Notes: generated by a model not told the origin, from the letters alone. A stretch of 62,566 bases of DNA, filler included, from 6 parts of 6 records of this genome joined end to end with filler, not necessarily neighbours in it, one strand, 5' to 3'; positions 18,168 through 27,547 are shown, counted from the whole stretch's first letter. Numbers and translations are program-made.

Positions 18168-19316
18168 TCAGCGGGCGTAGTTGATCCGCCAGAAATCTTG
18201 CCAATCCTGACGCGTATCGAAGTCGTCCATCGCCGTGGCGGTCGAATAGGGCATCATTTCGTCAAGGTGATCGCTCACGCCCGAAAGGTCATCGGGATGA
18301 CTGGGGACCTCAGTGTTGGACGAAAGCTTTCCATCCGCACTTTGGGGCGCAATTCCCTCCTCTGTGAGCAGATAACGGATGAACAGGCGCGCCGCGTTGG
18401 GACTGTCGGTCTGGGTCGAGATCATGCCCACCCCTGGATACATCCATCCCGAAAAGGGATTCAGCTCTGTGCACAGACCAAGAGCCAGACCATCGGGACC
18501 ATTGTCCCGGAATTTGGCTGTGGCCATGAGCCCCATGAATGGATCGGTCTGCCCCCGCGCGCCAACCGCGTCACCGGCCGCGGAGTCCGAGTCGGTCAGT
18601 AAGGGCGCATTGGCCGCCAGCGCCTTGACCCATGCCTTGGTCGCGCTGCCCTCATCGGTTTCCAGCGGTGAACCGTAGTGATCCTCATAGGCCCGGGCAA
18701 TCTGGTCGTCGAAATGCATTTCGGTCTGGTTGAACCAGTCGGTATAGGTCGGCTTGCCCAGGGGATCCTGCATTGCGACCTTGCGGTTCCATTCCGGTTC
18801 GGTCAGTTCCCAGATATTGCTGACCGGGCAGGTGTCGTAGACCTCGGTGTTATAGGTCCACACGTTGGGACTGGAGACGATGATCACCGGATCGCGCATC
18901 CCCTCGGGAATGAATTCAGCCAGATCGGGCGGCGTCCAGCTTTCGAGCAGTCCCATCGGCACGAGTTGCGCCATGCCCGGAGGCACGTCCTGGACCACCA
19001 CCACATCGCCCACGACGTTACCGGCCTGCCCCTCACGCATGACCTGGTCGATCTGCGCGCCCGTGGACACCTTCACACCCGTCGCTTCGAGACCGTATTT
19101 TGCCGCGAAGGCGTCAGCGATTTCCACAATCTTGCCGGTGCTGTCGTAGACGGTAATTGGCGGCTCGCCTTTCGCTGCTTCGATGAGTGCATCGATATCA
19201 AAATTCTCCGCATCCCATGCGTTCTGTGCCATAGCGGGCGCGCTCGAAAGCGCGGTGACCATGGCCATGGTGCCGACGCCCATGGTCAGCCTGATCAGGC
19301 AGATCGAAATATTCAC
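18168..19316 (-). CDS. ABC substrate-binding protein, AfuA/FbpA-like (paralog 1)
   Basis: GAGGAG RBS then GTG at 19316; FDIDALIEAAKGEPPITVYDSTGKI...CPVSNIWELT...RQDWQDFW. Confidence 0.88.
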   Translation of the reverse strand: MNISICLIRLTMGVGTMAMVTALSSAPAMAQNAWDAENFDIDALIEAAKGEPPITVYDSTGKIVEIADAFAAKYGLEATGVKVSTGAQIDQVMREGQAGNVVGDVVVVQDVPPGMAQLVPMGLLESWTPPDLAEFIPEGMRDPVIIVSSPNVWTYNTEVYDTCPVSNIWELTEPEWNRKVAMQDPLGKPTYTDWFNQTEMHFDDQIARAYEDHYGSPLETDEGSATKAWVKALAANAPLLTDSDSAAGDAVGARGQTDPFMGLMATAKFRDNGPDGLALGLCTELNPFSGWMYPGVGMISTQTDSPNAARLFIRYLLTEEGIAPQSADGKLSSNTEVPSHPDDLSGVSDHLDEMMPYSTATAMDDFDTRQDWQDFWRINYAR

Positions 19317-19350
19317 GTTCGTGCTCCTCGTTTGCTCATACCGTCCTCCC

Positions 19351-20517
19351 TCAGGCCGGCACTTTCCTGATGGCCTTGGAGGCCACATTGCCAACTTCTC
19401 CGCGAAGCTGGGTATCGGCCGCCACGTGGCGCACGCCTTCGAGATCGAATACGTGTAGCGCCTCGGGGCGAATGTAGAAGTAGCCCTCGTCGCCATCCGA
19501 AATGGCAGGGGGCAGATGGGTCGTGAGAAACAGTTTGGTGCCCAGGGCCTGCACCTCGATGATCCAGGAACCGCCAGTAGGCAGCACCCCGGACACTTTC
19601 CCCTTCTCGAAAAAGGCGCCTTTGGGAATGGCCTCTTCCTCCAGCGCAATGGCCAGCGATTCTGGACGCATGCCGATCGAGCCGACATCGGCAAGGCGCG
19701 GAAACTGGCGCGCGAAATAAGCGCGCACCGAAGCGGCCAGAGGATCGGTGCTATCTTTGCCCATCTCCACGATATTGATCGGTGGGCTGCCGACGAATTC
19801 AGCGACGAACCGGTTGGCAGGGCGCTCATAGATGTCGTTGGGCGTTCCGACCTGTTGAAGCGCTCCATCGCTCATAACGGCAATCGAGGTCGCCAGCGTC
19901 ATCGCTTCCCATTGGTCGTGAGTGACAAAGACGATGGTGGTTTTGAATTCCTCGTGAATGCGCTTGAGTTCGGAGCGCATTTCCAGTCTCAACCTCGCAT
20001 CGAGGTTGGACAACGGCTCGTCGAGTAGCAGCACGTCGGGGTTGACCGCCAGCATTCGAGCCAGCGCCACACGTTGCTGCTGTCCACCCGAGAGCTGGCT
20101 GGGATAGCGGTCGCGATATTGCTCGATGCCGAGGGTCTTCATGACTTTGTCGACCCGCGCCTCGCGCTCGGCCCTGGGCACCTTGCGCAAGCGCAGACCG
20201 AAGTCTGTATTGCGCTCAATGGTCATGTGCGGCCAGAGTGCGTAGCTCTGGAAGACCAAACCCATGCCGCGCTTTTCGACGGAAACGAACGTACCCGAAG
20301 AAACGCAGTCGACGATACGGTTACCCACAGTGATCTGGCCTTCTGAGAGGTGTTCCAGTCCCGAGATCATCCGCAGTGTCGTGGTCTTGCCACAACCTGA
20401 TGGACCCAGCAGGCACATGAACTCACCATCGCCGATCTCGAGCGTAAGATCTGAGACCGCCTTGACAGCTGTACCGCCGTAGCTCTTTTGCGCACCAAGC
20501 AGTTTGATATTGGGCAT
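19351..20517 (-). CDS. ABC ATP-binding protein (FbpC/PotA/MalK type)
   Basis: GPSGCGKT, LSGGQQQR, LLLDEP, VTHD; TOBE-like C-terminus. Confidence 0.95.
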   Translation of the reverse strand: MPNIKLLGAQKSYGGTAVKAVSDLTLEIGDGEFMCLLGPSGCGKTTTLRMISGLEHLSEGQITVGNRIVDCVSSGTFVSVEKRGMGLVFQSYALWPHMTIERNTDFGLRLRKVPRAEREARVDKVMKTLGIEQYRDRYPSQLSGGQQQRVALARMLAVNPDVLLLDEPLSNLDARLRLEMRSELKRIHEEFKTTIVFVTHDQWEAMTLATSIAVMSDGALQQVGTPNDIYERPANRFVAEFVGSPPINIVEMGKDSTDPLAASVRAYFARQFPRLADVGSIGMRPESLAIALEEEAIPKGAFFEKGKVSGVLPTGGSWIIEVQALGTKLFLTTHLPPAISDGDEGYFYIRPEALHVFDLEGVRHVAADTQLRGEVGNVASKAIRKVPA

Positions 20518-20520
20518 CGT

Positions 20521-22353
20521 CTAGCTCCCTAGTCCGTCGGCAAGATTGGTCTTGGTGAGTTTTTGGGCCAACAAGGTCCCGAAATAGGCAATCGCTGCAA
20601 TTATCAGCACCACGGCGTTGGCGGCCTGGGTGTAGTTGTAGTCAACCAGCCGCAGCGAATAGGTGGTAAGAACGTCGGTTGCCGGAACCGCCAGGATTAC
20701 AAAGAGACTCAGCCCCTTGATCCCGGAAATGAACGGCAGCAGCACACCTGTCATTAAAGCGCCCTTTTGGATGGGAATAACGACAGCGATCATGCGGCGA
20801 AACCATCCGGCTCCAGCGACCTGTGCGGCTTCTTCTGGATCCTTGCCCAATTGCATCATGGCGGAAATGCCGGCGCGTGATGCATAGGGCATCTGGTCCG
20901 CCACCAGCGCCAGCATCAGGATGGCAACAGTGCCATAAAGTGCGGGGATCGGGCCGCGCTGGACCGCGAACAGAGAAAGGTATGCGGCGGCAAAGGCGAT
21001 GCCCGGCACCATGTAGGGAAAGAAGGTGACCTGCCTTAGAAAGCCAGCCAATGGCCACACCGGTGTGCGAACCACGACATAGCCCACCAGCAACCCCAGA
21101 AGCCCCGAACAAACCGAAGCTATGCCCACGATCCAGAGGGTATTGAAGGCCGCACTCCACAGCGCCGGCGTCAGCAGAATGCCCGAGCGCAGCGCAACCG
21201 TATCAAGATTGGTTCCGATCCAGTAGTCGAGCGTGAAATTGGACCAGGCAAAGTTTGCAGGCACGCGCATCACAGTAGAAAGAACGAGCGTGAGCAGCGG
21301 CAGGCCGACCGAGAGCAGGAAGATCAGGGCAGCAAACAAAGTAGCAGGGACGCGGAGCGGCCCCAACGCACTGCGTCGCGCCATGGCGCCTTTGGCGCCC
21401 ACGGTCACGAATTTTCGCGCCTCGCGCACCAACCTTGCGTCGACCAGCAGCGCGAGCATGCCAATCATCATTATCGCCGTGGCAAGCACCGCAGCGACCC
21501 CTGTCTGCCGAGAGGAAATCGAGCGGTACAGGCCGGTGGCCAAGAGATCGTAGTTGACCGGAAGCCCGAGCACATAGGGCACGCCGAATTCACCGATACA
21601 CTTCGCAAAAGCAAGGATTATGGCGCTCATAAGAGCGGGCAACATCAACGGTCCAATGATCTTCAGCGCGACTGTCGAAGAGCTTGCTCCTAGCATGCGG
21701 GCGGAATCTTCGAGCTGGCTGTCAAACCGGCGCAACGCATTGCCGAACAGAAGGATAAAAAACGGGATGTAGTTGAGCGCCAAGATTATGGTAATCGGGA
21801 CTTGGCCATATGCCAGCCAGTCGGGTGGCGTAAGGCCCAACGCCTCGAACCAACCCAACTGCCCACCAACCGAACGGTTCTTGAACAACGTGGTCCACGC
21901 TAAAGCAAAGGTCCACCCCGGTAACATGAACGGCACGATTAATGCGGTGGCAAACCAACGCCTAGCAAACATGTCCGTGCGGCTCACCAGCCACGCCAGC
22001 GGCCCTCCGATGGCGAGCGAGATGCCAATCGCGCCAAAGGCGACCGAAAGCGTGTTGAATAACGGTGACCAGAAGAGATTCCCAGCCACGGGAGAGAACA
22101 AGGCCCGGCCAATGTAATAAAACGTCCAGGCGCCTGGCTCGCTGCCGATCCTGCGCTCGTCGCCGAACTGGACACGCCCGGCATCGATCAGCAGTGAGAC
22201 GATGGGAACAATAATCAGATAAGCAAAGAGCAGTGCGGCGAGGAGCCCGATCAGCGTGGTGGGATCACGTAGGGCGATGCGAGCACGATAGCGCACCTTC
22301 TGCCAGGCGCCCGGCGCAGCGAGCGACATTTCCCGTTCGGTCACAGCAGTCAC
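20521..22353 (-). CDS. Fused double-module ABC permease (FbpB/AfuB type)
   Basis: Two EAA loops (LEDSARMLGA, PEEAAQVAGA), many TM helices; GGAG then GTG at 22353. Confidence 0.9.
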   Translation of the reverse strand: MTAVTEREMSLAAPGAWQKVRYRARIALRDPTTLIGLLAALLFAYLIIVPIVSLLIDAGRVQFGDERRIGSEPGAWTFYYIGRALFSPVAGNLFWSPLFNTLSVAFGAIGISLAIGGPLAWLVSRTDMFARRWFATALIVPFMLPGWTFALAWTTLFKNRSVGGQLGWFEALGLTPPDWLAYGQVPITIILALNYIPFFILLFGNALRRFDSQLEDSARMLGASSSTVALKIIGPLMLPALMSAIILAFAKCIGEFGVPYVLGLPVNYDLLATGLYRSISSRQTGVAAVLATAIMMIGMLALLVDARLVREARKFVTVGAKGAMARRSALGPLRVPATLFAALIFLLSVGLPLLTLVLSTVMRVPANFAWSNFTLDYWIGTNLDTVALRSGILLTPALWSAAFNTLWIVGIASVCSGLLGLLVGYVVVRTPVWPLAGFLRQVTFFPYMVPGIAFAAAYLSLFAVQRGPIPALYGTVAILMLALVADQMPYASRAGISAMMQLGKDPEEAAQVAGAGWFRRMIAVVIPIQKGALMTGVLLPFISGIKGLSLFVILAVPATDVLTTYSLRLVDYNYTQAANAVVLIIAAIAYFGTLLAQKLTKTNLADGLGS

Positions 22354-22559
22354 AGCGACGCTCCGGAAATGGATGACGCGTTCGAGCGCAAAAACGAATT
22401 CAGCGTCAAGGACGACGCAGACACACGGATCATTGTTCCTCCCAGTGCCGCGCCTCCTCCTCTTGGACGGCGCATGGCTTTCGTTTCGATCCGGACCGAA
22501 CGTTTCGGCCCTCCTCCGACCTGGACAGTATAAGGCCAGCGGCATGAGTCAAGTCATTT

Positions 22560-22575
22560 TTGCACACCTGTGCAC
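22560..22575. promoter_or_regulatory. LacI-type operator 3 (TTGCACACCTGTGCAC)
   Basis: 15/16 identical to operator 1; upstream of the ABC operon. Confidence 0.75.
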
Positions 22576-22680
22576 GCCTCCCCTCGAACGTTGTCAATGA
22601 TCTAAGAACCCATATTCTGCGTCACCTATGAGCGTTTTCAGCACTTTGAGGATGGATTTCAACTCACTGTTCGCAGACTT

Positions 22681-22696
22681 TTGCACTGCTGTGCAT
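22681..22696. promoter_or_regulatory. LacI-type operator 4 (TTGCACTGCTGTGCAT), auxiliary
   Basis: TGCAC-N4-GTGCA, 121 nt from operator 3. Confidence 0.6.
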
Positions 22697-22790
22697 TGCT
22701 GAAAATTCTATTCCCCAACAATGAGCCGAAGCCACGGGCCGACTTTGCCCCCGCCTGCTCGCGTGCTGCCTGGTGCATAGCGCTGTTTCA

Positions 22791-22863
22791 CATCCAATAC
22801 TGAGGAAGACCTCGTGAACTGAATGAGTGAACAGGCGCGATGGTCTTGGGCGCGCCAAGTCCG
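22791..22863 (+). repeat. Direct repeat copy 2 (copy 1 at 4650-4722)
   Basis: CAGGCGCGATGGTCTTGGGCGCGcCAAGTCCG at 22832-22863. Confidence 0.85.
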
Positions 22864-23007
22864 TCAACGATCCCGTCGTACGTCGATCGCCCCGTTCTTT
22901 TGTTGTCAATCGACCTCTTCGTGCAGATGTCGCTGGAAACGTTCGATTAGGGTATGCATCTGCGCCCGCGCCACGCGTGATTGGGTGCGCAACAATTCTA
23001 ACGGCCG

Positions 23008-23841
23008 TCACAATTCTTGAAGCTGCTGCAACTCATCTGAAAGAGTAAATAGACTGTCAAACCGACTTCGCCATTCAGATGTTGTCGCATGGCCCAAGGC
23101 AGCTGTTTTTGTCCACCTCGCACGAAAGTCGTGGGGCAAAGACGACAAGCGTTCGAACCATCGCTCCAACTTTTTGTCGCCCGGATAATAGACTTCGTTG
23201 ATGGCAAAAAGGGCCTGCACGAGTTCCGATCGGATCTGGTGAAGGATCGATTGGAGGTAAAATTCATCACGGCGTTCGATTGCAGTCTGCAAATGGAAGC
23301 TGTCGCGCCAGAAGTTCGCGCTCGCAAACCCCACATGACACAATGACATTTTGAGCGCATGAGGATATTGCCGCAAGCGGTCATGGAGAGCAGCAAGAAG
23401 TCCTGCCTCGTCCTCTAATATCCTGAGGCTATAAAGATCAGCCAAGGCGCAGTGGTCCCAAAAGCCATTGGGAGCCCAGGTGCAATAGTGCCGCTCGATC
23501 TTTCCGGAAAGCGCCCGCTCGACCTGCGGCACGAGTAGCGAAACATTTCGAAGCCAGATTTCTACTGACCGCCCCTCAAACTCAAAATCTGTTCCCGCCT
23601 GTGCGGGAGCCTGTGACCAGGACCGAACGCCGGTTGCCGCAGGCAAAGCCGCATGCGCGAGTTGGGTTCGTTGGTTATCGTCTGGCCAGTCGTCAGCAAA
23701 GACATAGAAGTCGACGTCAGATAAATCATCTGCCAGCCCCTTGGACTGTGCGCCCCCTAGCGCGAGCGCATAAGGTTTACCTGCAAACCAATCGTGAATG
23801 ACGTCTGCGATTTGATGTTCGAGTTGCACTCGTGGGCCCAC
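23008..23841 (-). CDS. Pol-beta-like nucleotidyltransferase domain protein (DUF4037-like)
   Basis: LGGAQSKGLADDLSDVDFYV (GG-x-DxD), RSVEIW, later LFAINEVYYPGDK. Confidence 0.75.
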   Translation of the reverse strand: MGPRVQLEHQIADVIHDWFAGKPYALALGGAQSKGLADDLSDVDFYVFADDWPDDNQRTQLAHAALPAATGVRSWSQAPAQAGTDFEFEGRSVEIWLRNVSLLVPQVERALSGKIERHYCTWAPNGFWDHCALADLYSLRILEDEAGLLAALHDRLRQYPHALKMSLCHVGFASANFWRDSFHLQTAIERRDEFYLQSILHQIRSELVQALFAINEVYYPGDKKLERWFERLSSLPHDFRARWTKTAALGHATTSEWRSRFDSLFTLSDELQQLQEL

Positions 23842-23976
23842 TTGATGTTTGCGATCGAAAAATCAAGTTTGCGGACCGGGCCAAACCTTCGCAAGAGACC
23901 GAAATCGACAATATCGCCAAGCTTGGCAATTGGCGCATTTCACTCGTGTGTCTCTAAAAGAGGGTGCTATTCATGT

Positions 23977-25428
23977 TCAACAAATTTCCAGTTCGACCCA
24001 TAACCCCGCGGGGTCGTGCGTTAATTTGCGGATTGAACCTGAAGGTACCGCAATGGCCGGGTCCTTACCCGCTGCAAGCCAATCATCGTCAGCTCTCACA
24101 ACCCGCCGCGATGTCTTGTGCTCGAGAGCCTTGAGTATCGGATCATACGGCATATGTTTCCATCCAACCTTTAGGGCTTGCTCCTTGCTTGTCGGTATGA
24201 AGGCCGAAAGATCGGGATGGGTCATCAATTCGAGCCCTTTTTCTTCGAGCGTTGCGTTTTCGCTCCCGTGATGGGCGACCTTGAGATAAACGGTGCGGCG
24301 CAAGAGATCTGCGGCTGTCACGGTCGTTTCGCCACTCGTCCATGATAGCCCATGCCAACTCAGCCAATTGCCGACTTGTGCATCGCCGGGGAAGAGCACG
24401 ACCCGCCCGCTGTCTGTGAACTCGAATGCCAGAACGAGGCTAGTGTTGTTAACGCCCCGATCGAGCTGCAAAGCCAGCTCCTCAGCCACACCAAGCCAGT
24501 CCGTGTCGATCCGGCGCCAACCATCGTCTTGCTCTCCATCACCCTCGCCTGAATAGTGGTTCCGCACAAAGCCTACGTTCTCGCGCTCCCCCTCCTCTGC
24601 CGACTGGGAGGCCTTAGAAAGCACTTTATCCAAATCCACGCCTTGCTGAGAATCGAACGGTGATCCCCAATCGCCACCTCTACTCTTATGGATTCCCAGC
24701 CCAGGCGCGGCTGCAAGTGTGCCAGCAAGTGCCCAACCGCCGCCAAATCCCGGCCCGTACATTTCAGAGGTTCTGGTTTCGATGCTAAAAAGGGCGTCAT
24801 CAAGCGGCGGACCCAGCACGAAAACGCGAAGACCTGGCACGTTATCCAGGTGGAGAGGCGTATCTGACGGTCCAAGATAGGTGACGGATTTGGCAACGTC
24901 CCGCGCCTTGTTACGAGCCGCGCGAACGCGATCGCCTTTGGCACCCAACTCAAAGCCCAACAAGGATTCCAGGTGCGCGCCTTTGGCGCGCAGTGACGGG
25001 GAACGCGATTGCTCCAGCTTGGCCATCACCGAACGCACCGCGGCAAAAGCCTGGCCCTTATAAGTGTCGAGCCGACGCGCAAGCGGGTTCTGCGGGTCTT
25101 CAGTCCAAGGCATCCAGACCTTATCGACCTCCAGGTCGGCAAGGGCCTCGGCAGCGTAAAGAAACCCGGACACATGATCCCAATGTTCGTGAGTGACGAC
25201 CAAAAGATCGATCTTTTTCGTTTGGGTGAGAATGTCTTTGGCGATAGCGCGCAAAACCTCCGTTCCGCCCTTCACTGAGGAGTGGACGCCGAAGTCGATA
25301 AGGATCCAATAAGGGCCCTCCTCTCCTGCAAGCCGTATGAGGTGGCAGTCTCCTATCCCTTGGCAATAGTGCCGGATCGTCATCGTGTCGTGGGAGGCTA
25401 GGTCGCGGGATGACTTGCTTGATGTCAT
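23977..25428 (-). CDS. Metallo-beta-lactamase-fold hydrolase (ComEC-like superfamily)
   Basis: GIGDCHL, LIDFG, VVTHEHWDHVSGF, NNTSLVL, LFPGDAQ, KVAHHGSENAT; GGAGG RBS, starts 4 nt after the upstream stop. Confidence 0.85.
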   Translation of the reverse strand: MTSSKSSRDLASHDTMTIRHYCQGIGDCHLIRLAGEEGPYWILIDFGVHSSVKGGTEVLRAIAKDILTQTKKIDLLVVTHEHWDHVSGFLYAAEALADLEVDKVWMPWTEDPQNPLARRLDTYKGQAFAAVRSVMAKLEQSRSPSLRAKGAHLESLLGFELGAKGDRVRAARNKARDVAKSVTYLGPSDTPLHLDNVPGLRVFVLGPPLDDALFSIETRTSEMYGPGFGGGWALAGTLAAAPGLGIHKSRGGDWGSPFDSQQGVDLDKVLSKASQSAEEGERENVGFVRNHYSGEGDGEQDDGWRRIDTDWLGVAEELALQLDRGVNNTSLVLAFEFTDSGRVVLFPGDAQVGNWLSWHGLSWTSGETTVTAADLLRRTVYLKVAHHGSENATLEEKGLELMTHPDLSAFIPTSKEQALKVGWKHMPYDPILKALEHKTSRRVVRADDDWLAAGKDPAIAVPSGSIRKLTHDPAGLWVELEIC

Positions 25429-25432
25429 AGCC

Positions 25433-26350
25433 CTACCCTCCGCCCATGCCGTGCACGAGCGCAAAGGGCTCGCCAGCGCGCTCACCACGCAAATAAAGGG
25501 AGCGAAGGGGCGACTGCATCTGACCCAATGCCGTCTTGCGCTGTCGCTCTTCACGCGTCTTACTGTTGGTGTTCTTGATAAGGCTGTAGCGAACTGACTC
25601 TTTGCCTTTGCAAGGATCGATCAACAGCGTTGCTCCGCCCCGAAACCAGAACCATTCCCCCGTGGGATCGTCAGGGTCGAGAAGCACGGGCCTGCGCTGA
25701 TGGATGACGGCAACCAGCTCGGTCCGCACCGAACCATCGGGCAGGTTTCGGCGGGTCGGGCGGACGCTGAAAACCTCAAATGTCGTTTCGGACCGATTGC
25801 GTGACGCGCGTGGATGCCCATTTTCGTCATAACGTGGCAGTCCCGGGGTTAAGCCAAACTGCGCACAGAGCTCAGGGTCCTTCGCGAATTCCTGGTTGAG
25901 GCGCCTCCAAAGTGCCCAGCGATTGGCTTCATCGAGCTCGAATTGTTCGGATCTGGAAGGCTCTCGATTCCAAGCTAGGTCGACCTTCTCAAGCACGCGC
26001 CCCAGCCACCCCGGCTTGGGATCAAGAAACGTATTCCAAGTTAGCGACTCTTCAGAGACCGTCCTCACGTCCCGGGGCAAAATGCCGCGATGCCGAAAGG
26101 CCTCCATCAGAGCCACCCGATATCCCAGCCGATCTTCAGGCATCACATCGATATCGGCGGTTATCAGAGCGCGGAGATATTCGCCAAACGTGATGTCTAC
26201 GGCCGGGCAATAGTCCAAAGCGCGGATGCACATGTGCAACATGTGCCGCGCAGTGTTTGAAGCCTCGATCGTCAGCCGATTAACAAGGTCAGGATGCAAT
26301 GCGCCAGGGGCTAGAACCCCCGAGCCCCCTGTCGCTAGTCGCAACAGATC
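25433..26350 (-). pseudogene. C-terminal part of a gluzincin (M4/M36-like) metallopeptidase, 5' part with HExxH missing
   Basis: DLLRLATGGSGVL...LHPDLVNRLTIEA...MCIRALDYCPAVDITFGEYLRALITAD...YRVALMEAFRHRGI, a block I recognise as following the HExxH region in this family; ends abruptly at the ligD junction. Confidence 0.7.
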
Positions 26351-27197
26351 GCAATGGCCTCGATTGGACTGACAAGTTCGGCGCTCTTGTCGCGCCGATG
26401 TCTTCGCTCACCAAATCCAGTGCGCTTCTGGATGGAGAGATTTGTGCTTTTGATGAAAACGGCAAGACCAGTTTTTCGACTTTGAAATCATACCTTTCCG
26501 AAGGTGGACCTCTCGTCTATTTCGTATTCGATCTACTTGAAATCGATGGCAAGTCGTTGCGGTCCAGGCCGCTTTCAGAACGTAAAGCAGCACTGGAAGA
26601 CCTTTTGGGGCGCCGCACACGCCATGATCCAGTCCAGTTCTCACCCGATATAGCCGGCAAGGGGGAGGAGGTGCTTTCGGCCATCTGCAAAGCTGGCCAC
26701 GAAGGCATCATAGCCAAACACGGACCGACGCCCTATCGGTCCGGCCGCGTTAAATACTGGCTCAAGATCAAATGCACGCTGCGGCAGGAATTCGTAATCG
26801 TCGGCTGGTCTCCCTCGGAAAAGCGGCGCGGGGTGTTCGCATCGCTGCTGCTGGCGACGCAAGAAGAAGGGAAGCTGGTCTATCGCGGCCGTGTAGGGAC
26901 GGGATTATCCGATGATATGCGATCCGATATTCAGGCCATGTTGGAAAAGGATGCCCGCAAGACGGCGCCATTGAGCGGTGTGCCGCGGGAAATGGCGCGC
27001 GGCGCCCGCTGGGTCTCGCCGCGCCATCTGGCCGAGATTGCCTATACCGAACTCACGCCGGATGGAGTCCTGCGCCACCCCTCATTTGTGGGGCTGAGAG
27101 AGGACAAACCGGCCAAAAACATCGGTTTGGAGCGGCCCGCCAGGGCCAAAGGGGGCCATGCAATGGCGGTGAATGAAGATACCGGGATCGCAGCCGC
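26350..27197 (+). pseudogene. ligD: ATP-dependent DNA ligase D fragment (ligase core minus KxDG, plus OB domain), open to contig end
   Basis: RNGLDWT, LLDGEI, YFVFDLL, HEGIIAK, YRSGR...WLKIKC, EFVIVGW, GRVGTG, LRHPSFVGLREDK; adenylation lysine motif absent. Confidence 0.85.
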
Positions 27198-27297
27198 NNN
27201 NNNNNNNNNNNNNNNNNNNNNNNNNNNNNNNNNNNNNNNNNTTAATTAATTAANNNNNNNNNNNNNNNNNNNNNNNNNNNNNNNNNNNNNNNNNNNN
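27198..27297. other. Artificial contig spacer (N44-TTAATTAATTAA-N44); others at 36170-36269, 42788-42887, 49039-49138, 55343-55442
   Basis: Identical 100-nt linkers with stops in all six frames; gene content and composition change across each. Confidence 0.99.
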
Positions 27298-27547
27298 CTC
27301 GCTGCACAGCTACCTGATTGTCAGCTACGCCCGGGGTGACGGTGTATCGCTGGATGTGGGGTTCTATTATATGTCTAACGCCGCCGGCCGGCTGCTGGGC
27401 ACCATTCTCTCTGGCTGGGTGTACCAGGCCTACGGGCTGGAAGCCTGTTTATGGATTTCCGCTGCCCTGGTAGCCACAGCGGCAGCGTTGTCAGTATGGT
27501 TGCCGGAACGAGCGGAGAAACCAATAGGAGAAAAAGGCTATGTCTGA
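27298..27547 (+). CDS. arsJ: Organoarsenical efflux MFS transporter ArsJ, 3' end
   Basis: SLHSYLIVSYARGDGVSLDVGFYYMSNAAGRLLGTILSGWVYQAYGL is the characteristic ArsJ C-terminus. Confidence 0.85.

Noticed and set aside
19317-19868. 566-aa version of binding-protein paralog 1
   Set aside because: Out-of-frame overlap with the ATPase; RBS and signal support GTG 19316
27242-27253. TTAATTAATTAA recurring five times
   Set aside because: Artificial linker inside N runs, not a biological repeat
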